DNA of 64,000 bases from a virus, in the IMG/VR virus record IMGVR_UViG_3300031965_000003, positions 5,350-69,349 of that record; one strand, written 5' to 3'. Shown here piece by piece: positions 53,500-62,967 of the stretch (the first letter of the stretch is position 1; each line of letters starts with the position of its first letter). Position numbers and translations under genes: made by a program. Under the pieces are notes generated by a model. It searched no databases. It worked only from the letters and a program-made list of their open reading frames with translations, and was not told where the DNA came from.

Positions 53500-56400
53500 T
53501 CACTTGGCATATGTTCCCTCGTAAGGGAAAAACTTTGCTGTCAATAGATTGTCGATGATCTTACGAGCCTCCTCCTTGTCGGCGGCTCTAAACTTACACG
53601 TGCCGTTGAGCGCGGCTCCCTGCGGCTTAACGTCCATGCTCACGCACACCTCCGTGCCCTCACCCATCAGCGCCAGCGCCTCGGAGTAATAGTTCAAGGC
53701 GTCCTCACTCAAGAAGGCGTACTCATTGGTCAAGAAGTGCTTGCGGAAAGACCTGATCACGTTCTCTAGGTGCGGCCTCACGTCTGGCGTCACCCGGTGA
53801 CCGTTAGCCTCCATCGCGTACTTGGCCACGTGCATCTCGTCACGGATGTCGTAGAGGAAGATCCCCAGTATCCTCTCCGGGTACTTGACACGGTCACATT
53901 GAAGCAGTTTAAAGTTACGCCAAAACCTTTTGCGCCTAATGGATTCGGTTAGGTAGCCGTCATGGTGGATGTGAACATCGGTGATCAGCATACAGCCTTG
54001 GCCCACGCCCTTGTTGATGCCGAATTCTGCGTGCTCGTGGACGCAGTTATGAACAATTACCCCTCCAGCAACAAAATTGTGATTAGGCGCGGGCATCTCA
54101 ATGTTATAAACATCCTCAACACCGCCATCTTTGATAGCTACAATCTTGTGATTGGCTGCCCTGGCCCTAGCAGCTCGACGAATACCTTCAATTCTTTTCT
54201 GCCTCACTATAGGATCAGCCCAAGTCTTCTTATTAAGTTCGGCACGCCTTTCTATAGTCCAAACTTGATTTAACCTTTGCCCGGCTCCCCTCAATCTACT
54301 CTTAGCGCCGATCAGCGCTTTAGTTTCGCTGCCATGCCGTCGACCCCACATGGAATTATTGGCACCATCGCATGGAGCGTGATTGTCGACTATCCTCTTT
54401 TTAGTATCCTCGCTAACATGCCTACCTACATTATGATGCAGCGCATGCTCCCGAGCGGTTAATAGCTGTAAGTTACTTGGATCATTATTTATCGGATCAT
54501 GATCCCTATGGTGGACATGATAACCTTTAGGGATCGGACCGTTGATCGTCTCATATATAAACCGATGCTCATCGACTACCATGCCGGTACCACGTTGTGC
54601 GATCCGCCATCCCCGGTTAACAGGACTACGTCCATCTTTCAGCCGATAACATGGCATCAACCTCATTCCCGGTCTTAACTCAGAGGCTGGTACATAATCT
54701 CCAGGCTGAACATCCTTCCATGCCTTTCGCAGTAAAAATAAATGTTCTGGAGTAGCTTTAATAATGGTGCCATCATCTAGCTCTATCTCTAACACCTTAA
54801 CTTGACGACGCGTCATGCCTACCCAATTAGCCTGTTCGATAGAGATTCTTGCCTTCTGGTGATCGTAACAATAAACCCAAGGTCGTTGTCCGACCAAATC
54901 TTTGATGGCTAGGGCTCCTTTAGCTGTACTGATTAAAGTATCTCCAGACAAACAGCCATAAAATTTTATGCCTACACCGTTGCGGAACAGCCTGACCGGG
55001 ATGTCTTTCTTCAACACCCCAGCCGGATCAACGGCCACGTGGTACTGCGGCATGGCGTAACCATGCAGGTAATTAGCTCTCAGGTACTTCCACAAACCGC
55101 CCCAGTCTAACAGCTGCTCGTCTGCGTCGATCCACAGCACCCAGTCTGTCCACACGTCCTCGATGCTCTCGTTGCGCGGCGTCTCGAACCCAGCCATCCT
55201 GCACGTTGCCGGGTCTATGGTCATTGGGTCGTGCTGCATCAGATGGGTGTAACAGAAGAACGGGTTCGTGCCCGCCCGCACGTCATCTGTGTACTCTAGG
55301 GCGACGTTGGTGGTGCGGTCTATCGAAGGGCCATTGTCAAGCACCACGATTTGATCAGCCATCTTAGTAACCGACCGCAGGCAACGGTGAAGCGTGGCCT
55401 CTTCGTTGTTGGCAATCAGGCAGAACGCCACCGTCTCTCGTGGCCCCTGCAGAAATAACTTGCGCTCGTAGTCTATCTTGCCGACTGGCTTGTCGTCCTT
55501 GCGATAGGTGATAAAGAAGCAACCGCCAAAGGTCCTGTCTAACTCTAGCTCCTGGTAGCTGCTGAGGTGAGTGACCGAGAACTCTTTACGGTGACCAAAT
55601 ACCTCGTAAACGTCATGCTTGTCCCAACTGGTCAGGTGGCAGGGAGAGTTGCCCTTCATCACGAACTCGTTCCGCTCAATGTGGCCAGTAGGCACCGTCC
55701 ACACCATCCATCCGCCCGGCCTACAGTGACGCTCGACCTGAGCAACAAACTCGCAAGGGTCAGGCACGTGCTCAAGCGTCTCCATGCAATTTACGCAATC
55801 AAACTGCTGCTCAAGCTCCATGGTCTCATCGCCTACCTTGAAGGCTACCTGTTCAGGGTGAAGGAAGGCCGGTGCGCCATCGGCCAAGCGTGAGGTCCTC
55901 AGCTCGTTGGCGCACCGGATGAGGGACGGGGATACGTCCACCCCAAGCACGCCGAGGGCAGGGTGCGCATTGGAGACGGCCCGGACATACCCCCCATGAG
56001 CACAGCCGTAGTCAAGCACGCTTTTAACATCGTCGTGCTGACCCAACCAAGCCACCAGCTCTCGGCATCGTGGCTCAGTATCTGCCCACATGGCCGTGCG
56101 AAAATCCGCCGCTGCACCGCCGCTACGCTGCTCGTAAAACTCAGCCAGCGTTTGGCGGCGCGCTTCGGAATCACTCACGTTCATAAACGGCACGTGGCGG
56201 TCAATGTACTTATCGACGGCCCGATGCAAGACGGGGTCGTTATGCCTGGCCGCCAGCTGCCTAGCCGCTAGCACGTCGGAGTTGAATAAGAAGTGCTTGA
56301 CCATCCGCTTGGTGTCAGATGTCTTAGCGCCGATGATGTCATGAAAAAGCTCTGTCCACTCTTCAGCCACCGGCCCCCAGGTCCACCGTTCGGCTCGCTG

Positions 56401-57495
56401 ACGAGCAGCCTTTGACAGCTTCTCCCACCGCTGATCATTGTGGATAAGATCGATGGTTTGATCGATAAACGCCCTGATGTAGGCGTCAGACGGCGCTTTA
56501 AACCCAGGATCGACAGGCTCACCAGCCAGGCCGATGGCCCCGTCTTCTTTTAAAAGCACGTGAGTGCCAGCACACGTTTCGGGACACGCGCCTTTCCACG
56601 GTCCCAACATCACCGTGCCGCAGGCCCCTAGCTCTTGGCTCGTGATGTGGGAGACCTCCTCAAAGACTGACGAGTAGACGAACAACCTCGCCTGCTTGTA
56701 GTGCTTGTAGAGCTCCTGCTTACCAAGGTTACCTAGGTTCTGCACTGAGTCGCCGTGTTGCTTGGCTGCCTCGGCTAGCTCGTTGTATAGAGGCAGCGTG
56801 CTGGGATCCTCGTAGCGCGACACGTAGAGCCTAGCTCGTGGCTCACGCTTGATGATCTCTGGCCACACCCTCGTCAACAGGATGTCCAGCCCGCGCTCAG
56901 GACGAGCCGTGAACATCAGCTTGAAACGGTCACGCTCCTGATCAGGCACCGAATCGAGCAACGACAGGTCGATACCGTTGCGTGTGACGTGGTATAAAGC
57001 ATCTACGCCACCATGGACCGCCTGATACTGCTTCTTCATGAACTCTGACAAGACTAGGATCTTGTCCAGGTTCCAGATAAAGCCGCCAAAGTTGCTCGGC
57101 CCTGTCTTGGTAGCCAAGTCGTGCTGCCACAACACGTTGCACTTCGATGGGTAGTCAAACTGAAACATGACCGGCTGGCGTTGAACCAGCATCACGTCGG
57201 TCGGCACGGACCGAGCGTGGTCAAAAAAGCCCTTCGGAAACTGAGGGCCTCCCGCGGTGCTTTGTACCCAGCCCATCGGCCTGTACTCAACCCCGTTGGC
57301 CTCGTGCTGCTTCTCCGTCATGCAAAATAAAGACACCCGATGGCCGATCTTAGCTAAAGCTTCTGACGCCTGCACGGCTGCCGTTTCCGATCCACCGAGC
57401 GACTTGCCTGACGGGATCGTGTCGCCCGCCATCGGCATCCCCATGCACAACAGCGTTATGTCTAGATTGTATCTCACTGTGCTGCCCTCTTTCAC
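53500..57495 (-). CDS. GT4 glycosyltransferase - class I SAM methyltransferase - GT2 glycosyltransferase fusion, intein-containing
   Basis: GT4 (SLGGSETA, RNGID, RPERGL, EELGACG-like), MTase (VLDYGCAHG, CMETLEHV), GT2 (LIANNEEATLHRCLRS, WIDADEQ). Confidence 0.88.
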   Translation of the reverse strand: MKEGSTVRYNLDITLLCMGMPMAGDTIPSGKSLGGSETAAVQASEALAKIGHRVSLFCMTEKQHEANGVEYRPMGWVQSTAGGPQFPKGFFDHARSVPTDVMLVQRQPVMFQFDYPSKCNVLWQHDLATKTGPSNFGGFIWNLDKILVLSEFMKKQYQAVHGGVDALYHVTRNGIDLSLLDSVPDQERDRFKLMFTARPERGLDILLTRVWPEIIKREPRARLYVSRYEDPSTLPLYNELAEAAKQHGDSVQNLGNLGKQELYKHYKQARLFVYSSVFEEVSHITSQELGACGTVMLGPWKGACPETCAGTHVLLKEDGAIGLAGEPVDPGFKAPSDAYIRAFIDQTIDLIHNDQRWEKLSKAARQRAERWTWGPVAEEWTELFHDIIGAKTSDTKRMVKHFLFNSDVLAARQLAARHNDPVLHRAVDKYIDRHVPFMNVSDSEARRQTLAEFYEQRSGGAAADFRTAMWADTEPRCRELVAWLGQHDDVKSVLDYGCAHGGYVRAVSNAHPALGVLGVDVSPSLIRCANELRTSRLADGAPAFLHPEQVAFKVGDETMELEQQFDCVNCMETLEHVPDPCEFVAQVERHCRPGGWMVWTVPTGHIERNEFVMKGNSPCHLTSWDKHDVYEVFGHRKEFSVTHLSSYQELELDRTFGGCFFITYRKDDKPVGKIDYERKLFLQGPRETVAFCLIANNEEATLHRCLRSVTKMADQIVVLDNGPSIDRTTNVALEYTDDVRAGTNPFFCYTHLMQHDPMTIDPATCRMAGFETPRNESIEDVWTDWVLWIDADEQLLDWGGLWKYLRANYLHGYAMPQYHVAVDPAGVLKKDIPVRLFRNGVGIKFYGCLSGDTLISTAKGALAIKDLVGQRPWVYCYDHQKARISIEQANWVGMTRRQVKVLEIELDDGTIIKATPEHLFLLRKAWKDVQPGDYVPASELRPGMRLMPCYRLKDGRSPVNRGWRIAQRGTGMVVDEHRFIYETINGPIPKGYHVHHRDHDPINNDPSNLQLLTAREHALHHNVGRHVSEDTKKRIVDNHAPCDGANNSMWGRRHGSETKALIGAKSRLRGAGQRLNQVWTIERRAELNKKTWADPIVRQKRIEGIRRAARARAANHKIVAIKDGGVEDVYNIEMPAPNHNFVAGGVIVHNCVHEHAEFGINKGVGQGCMLITDVHIHHDGYLTESIRRKRFWRNFKLLQCDRVKYPERILGIFLYDIRDEMHVAKYAMEANGHRVTPDVRPHLENVIRSFRKHFLTNEYAFLSEDALNYYSEALALMGEGTEVCVSMDVKPQGAALNGTCKFRAADKEEARKIIDNLLTAKFFPYEGTYAK
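54046..54954 (-). mobile_element. Intein (303 aa) carrying an HNH endonuclease and NUMOD3-like motifs
   Basis: Starts CLSGDTLIST, block B IKATPEHLF, HNH HVHHRDHDPINNDPSNL, block F VYNIEM..NHNF, ends VHN|C. Confidence 0.95.
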
Positions 57496-57510
57496 GTTGT
57501 GTTTTTGTCC

Positions 57511-57849
57511 CTATCTTAGCGGCTCTCCATAGATCAACACCGCGATGCCTGTCTGGCTGGCCGCCTGGCTGAACGACAGGTTAACGTGGTTCCCATAGTT
57601 GAGAAGATCTACTACAGCGCCCCCCGAGTTGATGACGATGCTGCTGCTCACCTGGAAGGCGCTGCTGTCCACGCCCAGCTGGTAACGCAGCGTCACCGAC
57701 GAGATGTTGGTCACGAAGCCCGCCAGACGGGAGTACTGGGCGCAGTAAAACACGCCCAAGGCCCCGCCCGTGCTGCCCGTGTAGCTAAGCGCGGTGTTGC
57801 TATAAAGAGTCTTGCGCGAGTGGCCGTCAATGAACGTGGTGCCCATCAC
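57511..57849 (-). CDS. Putative head accessory protein
   Basis: Beta-rich 112 aa in head module. Confidence 0.6.
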   Translation of the reverse strand: MMGTTFIDGHSRKTLYSNTALSYTGSTGGALGVFYCAQYSRLAGFVTNISSVTLRYQLGVDSSAFQVSSSIVINSGGAVVDLLNYGNHVNLSFSQAASQTGIAVLIYGEPLR

Positions 57850-57858
57850 GCACCTCCG

Positions 57859-58212
57859 TTACTGGATCACGAACCAGGATATCGGCATCGCCGCGTTCGG
57901 CGCGATGCTAGCGCAGCACACGATCTCAAACGCTCCGGCCCTGACCGATTGAGCCGCCGTTACGATGGCTTGCCCAGACGACATGGCCGTGGTGCCCATG
58001 TAACGGTTTGTCAAGATCACGCTACCGCTGGCCACCCCAGGCGCAGAGACAGACAACACAGCCGTGCCGCTGTTCATGATACCGATGCCGCGTATGTTGG
58101 TGTTACCGACAAACGATGACGACACGGCAAGACCTGTGAGGGAGCTCACTGGACCGCCAGCCGTTTGCATAAACGCGCCTGCGCCCCATCTTTGCTTGTA
58201 AAGCTCTGCCAT
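57859..58212 (-). CDS. Putative head accessory/fibre protein
   Basis: Beta-rich 117 aa after capsid gene. Confidence 0.6.
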   Translation of the reverse strand: MAELYKQRWGAGAFMQTAGGPVSSLTGLAVSSSFVGNTNIRGIGIMNSGTAVLSVSAPGVASGSVILTNRYMGTTAMSSGQAIVTAAQSVRAGAFEIVCCASIAPNAAMPISWFVIQ

Positions 58213-58261
58213 GACTGATGCCTCCTATCTGCCAACCGTTTAAAGCGGCAGACCTCGGACG

Positions 58262-58513
58262 TTAAACGTTCAGCTTGGTCCGCTGGCTCAACTTCGCTTT
58301 GAGCTGGGTGTTCTCCTTGCGCAAGATGGTCAGCTCGGTCTCTATCTTCCGTAGCTGATCGAGCCCTACCTCCTCCTGCCACACGATGCATCCCTGGCCA
58401 AACGCTTCTTGAAGCTGCTTGCGGAACCCCGTGTGGCCCTGGTAAGGGATAGGCATCCCCTCAGCCATGGTAAATCTCTTCGTCTCCATCTTTTGAGCAG
58501 CGATCCAAGGCAT
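58262..58513 (-). CDS. Hypothetical protein
   Basis: GGGAGG RBS; follows capsid gene. Confidence 0.6.
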   Translation of the reverse strand: MPWIAAQKMETKRFTMAEGMPIPYQGHTGFRKQLQEAFGQGCIVWQEEVGLDQLRKIETELTILRKENTQLKAKLSQRTKLNV

Positions 58514-58532
58514 ATGCTGTGCCTCCCTTGTC

Positions 58533-59519
58533 TTAGCAGTTCACGATCAGGTAGCCCAGGTCCGTCGAGACCACCGATTCTGCCTGGTAGTGAAGGATCT
58601 CCACTACTTCGGTCTTAGTGTTCTCGTCGTTGCGGCGCGTGACCGTAAAGGGCGCTGGGAAGCCTGCCGGCCGCCACTGGAACGTATAGCCGTGACTCGG
58701 CACCATGCGCCCCGGCGTAGGCGACACGTGCAGCAGCACGCAGGCCGTGGACCAGATCTCGGTATAAGCGCCCGTGGCCCCTTCACCTGCCGTGTTCTTC
58801 ACGCCCTTGCCGATCAGCACCCTGAAGTTCGGCACCCCAGCGCCAAAGGCAGTTGCGAGCTCAGCCGCCGTCACTCCGCCTCCGGTGGTGTTGCCCTTGC
58901 CACGAGCAAAGTCAATCATCTCCGGGTGCTGGCGCAGGTTGTTGTATGCCCGGCCCGACAGGATCATCGTGTTGGGCTCCATCCCAGTAGTGCTGCGGAT
59001 GGACTCAAAGCCCGTGAAGATATCGCTGACCGGCGCGCCGTTGACCTGGTCGCCCCACGTGTTGCCGAGCGATACCCAACTGCCCACATTGCTGTTGTTG
59101 ATCAGCGTGGTGGCTAACCGATCCTCCCAGGCCAGGTTGAGCTGGTCGGTGATGTAGTTGGCCGCCGAGACCCTTAGCTCCAGCGAGTCATCCGCATTGT
59201 CCAAGTCTTCCCAAGGCATCTCCATCGCTAACCCGTACCCATTAGCGAAGTAGGTCTGCGAGCCGACCGAGAAGGTGATCCGAGGCGTGGGTGCTCCTGG
59301 GCCACGGTTGGCCGTGGGGACGCGCAGCCAGTCGGCCTTGGTCCACACGTAGTAAACGTCCGATTGTTTCGCTACTGGCACCGGCGGGTAGATCTGTGGG
59401 GCGATAAGCCCTTGCGGACGGTAGCCGACCGTTAAGTTAGTCAGCGGCCCGTCAATGTGCAGATCACGGCCAGTCGCCTGAGCGTACTTTTTAATGTCAT
59501 GTCTCAGTGTACCGTCCAT
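58533..59519 (-). CDS. Major capsid protein (HK97 fold, lambda gpE/Mu-like group)
   Basis: DGPLTNLTVGY...IAPQIYPPVPVAKQSDVY, PNTMILS..AYNNLRQHP, PSHGYTF; start moved to ATG 59519 with AGGAGG RBS. Confidence 0.88.
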   Translation of the reverse strand: MDGTLRHDIKKYAQATGRDLHIDGPLTNLTVGYRPQGLIAPQIYPPVPVAKQSDVYYVWTKADWLRVPTANRGPGAPTPRITFSVGSQTYFANGYGLAMEMPWEDLDNADDSLELRVSAANYITDQLNLAWEDRLATTLINNSNVGSWVSLGNTWGDQVNGAPVSDIFTGFESIRSTTGMEPNTMILSGRAYNNLRQHPEMIDFARGKGNTTGGGVTAAELATAFGAGVPNFRVLIGKGVKNTAGEGATGAYTEIWSTACVLLHVSPTPGRMVPSHGYTFQWRPAGFPAPFTVTRRNDENTKTEVVEILHYQAESVVSTDLGYLIVNC

Positions 59520-59553
59520 TGTGATTTTGCCTCCTGTTCGTTTGTCAAAGACC

Positions 59554-59922
59554 TTAGCCGATGGCATCAGTCATGTAGCCGCTGACGATCATCTCGGCGG
59601 GCAGGCCGCTGTCAGCGTTGCTGATCAACCGCCCAGCCACGAACTGTCCAGACGTAGCCACTACGGCAAAACCGTTGGCCCCGTTCATGACCCTGGCGTT
59701 AGCCCCTAGGCTGCTCGCCACCAATACTTTAGCGTGACCCAAGGTGACCAGCGTCGCCTCTTCATTGTTGTTCGGGTGGTTGAGCGTGACACCCAACACC
59801 ACGTCTCCTGACGTTGGGCTGTGCCACACGTCCACACCAGCTGCCGCGACGAACCTATACTGCGACAAGTTTCCACTCGCCACGTAACTTGCTTTGATAT
59901 ATCCACCTCTGACTTCAGGCAT
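59554..59922 (-). CDS. Capsid decoration/cement protein (DUF2190-like)
   Basis: LSQYRFV, VLGVTLN.P..EEATLVTLGHAKV between protease and MCP. Confidence 0.75.
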   Translation of the reverse strand: MPEVRGGYIKASYVASGNLSQYRFVAAAGVDVWHSPTSGDVVLGVTLNHPNNNEEATLVTLGHAKVLVASSLGANARVMNGANGFAVVATSGQFVAGRLISNADSGLPAEMIVSGYMTDAIG

Positions 59923-59976
59923 GGTAGTAACCTCCTACAATCGTTAGCGCCTCGTGCAGTCTAACAAGACGCCAGG

Positions 59977-61914
59977 TTAATTCTTCAGCTGGCTCCACCG
60001 TGTGGCCAACTCTTTGTCATCCTTCAACACCGAGCGTAGGGCGTCACCATAGGCGACCGACTTGTCCTTCGCTTGATATTCCTTCACCCGCCGTTCGATC
60101 TCAGCTCCGGCATCCGACAGCGGCTGGGCCTCGTCAGGCTCGCCGTACTGACTCAAGGACTTGAAGATCGACGGCTGATTCTCAACGTACCCCTTGATGG
60201 CGTCAGCTAGGCTCACCTGCACGTCCTTGCCCTCTTGGCTGTACTTGACGACGCGCTCGCTGTCATCAGGCAACGAGAACAGAATCGCCTTCATCGCGCC
60301 CTCTTGAGCCGGGGGCAGCTTGCCAGCCTTCTTTTGAGAGTCGATCCACGTGTTGATGGCCGTCGCCTTGCGTTCACTCTCCAGCCGTTCGACCCTGGCC
60401 TCCATACGGACCTTTTCCTCAGCGGCCTGCTTTTCCAATTGAGCTTGCTTCTGCTCGGCGTCTGCCTTGGCATCTGTCATTTGCCGCTCAAACTGCTTCC
60501 GCAGCTCGGCCTCCTTGGCGTCGAACTCAGCTTTTAGCTTGTCGCGCTCTTCCTGCAATTGCTTTTCATTCAATGCCATCTCGGCACCTCCTGTGTTGTC
60601 TGTGTCGGGCGAACCACTGTTTAGCTCGGATGGTTCGCCCGCGCCCGCCGAGCCATCACTCATCTGCTTTTTCTGCTGATTGCAATAGTCGTCAGCTTCT
60701 TTCTTGGTGGGGAACTTCTTTACCATCTTGTCGTCTTCATCCATGACGTAAAACATGCCGTCGCGTTTAACCGTGTGCATAGCATCCCTCCTTGAGTCTT
60801 GATCACTGTCTTCGCCATCGTGCCTGCGCTTGTTCGCCTCGACGGCGCGTAGCTGATTGAGCGCGCTCTCGCGCGTCTTGTGGCGGCCTAAGACCTTGGA
60901 CCCGTCCTCGGTGAGCACCAACCACTCATCGCCACGCTTGCGGATCATGTAGACGTGAACGCCGTCGATAGCATACTCCATAAGCTCATCATCCTTGCTT
61001 GCCGCTTTGACGATCTTATAGTCGTATCCGGCCAGGCTATTCTTAGCCTCTTCTAGCGTGTCCCAGGTCTTGATGCGCTTACCCTTGGGGTCAAGCACCG
61101 TGAAGCCCTTACCTTCTTGCTTGATCATGTACGCGGCGAACTCTTGAGCCTCCTCGTCCTCTTTAGCGTAAACAGCCATTCGCGGCTCGAATAGATCGCA
61201 GCTACCATCAGGGGCGATCTGTCCCTCCACTAAAGAGCACGCCTTCCAACCCTGAAGGAAAAAGTTACAGCCGCGGCAAAACTCTTCGGTGGCCTCGGTC
61301 TCATAACCGGCCTCATCTTTAGACTTGCGCGGAACGTTCATCAGGTACTCGGCCATCGAGGACGGCACGGCCATCGGCACGCTGTAATCATACACGTGGA
61401 ACTCGTTCTTGTTCTCGTCGTAGGCAAACAAACCGCCGCTGTCATTTCTTTGGTAAAGGGCCTCGATCTCTTTGAGGCTGGTGATGGCGGGAATCTCAGC
61501 ACCGAGGAAAGCGATGGACTTAAGCACGCGAGGATACTTGGTGTGATCGTCGGAGTCACCAGACTTCCAGTTCCAGTATATCTCCGCCGACACCCTTTTG
61601 TAGGCCCCCGCGTTGATTAGATCGGCAAAACGGCGTGGAATCTGCGCCACGTCGGCCAATAGCTTTTTACCTTGCCGATAAATCTTTAACACGTATCCAA
61701 GAGCCGGGGCACCAAATACCTTACGAGCAGCGTTTTCATCCTCTTGACCATCAGCGTGGCCAGCCTTGACGGTAGGCTTGAAGTTGACCAGGTCGAAAGC
61801 CCTAACCATCTCATCAAGATCCGACTCGCTATACTTGTCACCGTTATAGCTACCGGCAGAGAAGATCTCCAACCCGTTGATGGTTGCGGTTTTTAGCTTC
61901 TTACCTTCTGGCAT
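59977..61914 (-). CDS. Mu-like prohead protease plus scaffold, with inserted accessory modules
   Basis: EIFSAG.Y...VKAGH...PALG...YKRVSAEI...LKSIAFLGAEIPAI; C-terminal coiled-coil scaffold; start trimmed to ATG 61914. Confidence 0.88.
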   Translation of the reverse strand: MPEGKKLKTATINGLEIFSAGSYNGDKYSESDLDEMVRAFDLVNFKPTVKAGHADGQEDENAARKVFGAPALGYVLKIYRQGKKLLADVAQIPRRFADLINAGAYKRVSAEIYWNWKSGDSDDHTKYPRVLKSIAFLGAEIPAITSLKEIEALYQRNDSGGLFAYDENKNEFHVYDYSVPMAVPSSMAEYLMNVPRKSKDEAGYETEATEEFCRGCNFFLQGWKACSLVEGQIAPDGSCDLFEPRMAVYAKEDEEAQEFAAYMIKQEGKGFTVLDPKGKRIKTWDTLEEAKNSLAGYDYKIVKAASKDDELMEYAIDGVHVYMIRKRGDEWLVLTEDGSKVLGRHKTRESALNQLRAVEANKRRHDGEDSDQDSRRDAMHTVKRDGMFYVMDEDDKMVKKFPTKKEADDYCNQQKKQMSDGSAGAGEPSELNSGSPDTDNTGGAEMALNEKQLQEERDKLKAEFDAKEAELRKQFERQMTDAKADAEQKQAQLEKQAAEEKVRMEARVERLESERKATAINTWIDSQKKAGKLPPAQEGAMKAILFSLPDDSERVVKYSQEGKDVQVSLADAIKGYVENQPSIFKSLSQYGEPDEAQPLSDAGAEIERRVKEYQAKDKSVAYGDALRSVLKDDKELATRWSQLKN

Positions 61915-61930
61915 CTCTTTATCTCCGCGC

Positions 61931-61990
61931 ATAAAAGAAAAGGGGCCTTGAGGTCTGCGGAAATTAACCGCATTAACCTCAAGGCCCCTT
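61931..61990 (-). terminator. Strong intrinsic terminator-like hairpin upstream of the protease gene
   Basis: 15-bp perfect arms AAGGGGCCTTGAGGT/ACCTCAAGGCCCCTT (61940-61954, 61976-61990), inner 5-bp stem, then TTTCTTTTAT on the minus strand. Confidence 0.75.
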
Positions 61991-62049
61991 CTTTGCCAAG
62001 CCTCGCGCCGCTCCATGCGACGGGCCGATGTAACAGGTACCCTAAGTTA

Positions 62050-62078
62050 ATTTTAGCTATACCCTGTTTTATCTTAAA
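62050..62078 (-). promoter_or_regulatory. Candidate sigma70-like late promoter
   Basis: TTTAAG, 17-nt spacer, TAAAAT in an AT-rich intergenic tract. Confidence 0.45.
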
Positions 62079-62093
62079 AGTAAACCAATATTT

Positions 62094-62567
62094 TTATACA
62101 TTATCTTTAGGCCCCCAGATGGAGTATGTTCGGGTGCCCTCTTGCAGCCCCCACTCGTCGCCCATATCCTCACCAGCGGCCAATAGGAAGATACGTTTAG
62201 CCGCGGTGCCGTTGACCTGGCTGGCGTGCCTGACCACCAGCAGGTCAGCACGTTCAGGGGCAGCCCCGTTCACCGCTACCTGCGGGCCTATGCGGTGAAG
62301 CTTAACGGCTTTGTTAAACCATGCTTCAGCTCCATCTGGCTGGCTAGACCAATCTACCTGCACGTGAACCTTGCCCTCCAGGTTACAGGCCGCTGCCGCC
62401 AAGACCACCGTGCTTCGACCCCCGTCCGGGTCATGCTCAACGATCACCGGCTTCTGGCCGCAACTAAGCGCCGTGTTGTACAAGGCTATCGCCTGGTCGG
62501 TCTGAAGAAGCCCCGGATGGTTGCCCAGCTTGCCGTACACCGTTTCAAAGTCTTTAAACTTGGCCAT
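62094..62567 (-). CDS. Degenerate class I SAM methyltransferase-like protein
   Basis: IVEHDPDGGRSTVVLAAAA resembles VEIG...GRST..LA, but the Gly-rich loop is altered. Confidence 0.45.
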   Translation of the reverse strand: MAKFKDFETVYGKLGNHPGLLQTDQAIALYNTALSCGQKPVIVEHDPDGGRSTVVLAAAACNLEGKVHVQVDWSSQPDGAEAWFNKAVKLHRIGPQVAVNGAAPERADLLVVRHASQVNGTAAKRIFLLAAGEDMGDEWGLQEGTRTYSIWGPKDNV

Positions 62568-62967
62568 TATTGCCTTCCCGTAACGCGGTGTCTACCAGAT
62601 GGGCTAGGTTAGTGGTTGCCACAGCTGTTGAGGTTTCAGTACCAGTGATAGACCAGTAGGGCTTCGGTACGTATTCAAACCTTTCGACCTTTGGCAAATC
62701 AATCTTACCAACTCTAGCCAGCTCTTTGTCGTTCTCTCGCCGTTTTTTGAGCTTGTCTAATCGGCCAGCCTTCAAGTCGCTCAGGTCATCCTGCAAAAAC
62801 CTGATCTCGGCTGCCAATTGCTTTTGTTCCTGATGCTTGTCAAAGATGGCATCAAGCGTGGCCTTAAGCATGACCTTCAACTCGTTAATCTTTTCTTTAT
62901 CGATCTCCTCAAGAGCCTTCTTATAGGCCTGATCCATCTTTTTCTTTTTCACCTTCGATCTTACCAT
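62554..62967 (-). CDS. Hypothetical coiled-coil protein
   Basis: GGAGG RBS. Confidence 0.65.
   Translation of the reverse strand: MVRSKVKKKKMDQAYKKALEEIDKEKINELKVMLKATLDAIFDKHQEQKQLAAEIRFLQDDLSDLKAGRLDKLKKRRENDKELARVGKIDLPKVERFEYVPKPYWSITGTETSTAVATTNLAHLVDTALREGNNGQV

Noticed and set aside
61915-62016. N-terminal extension of the protease ORF as given in the track
   Set aside because: It runs through the terminator hairpin; the RBS and homology start at ATG 61914.
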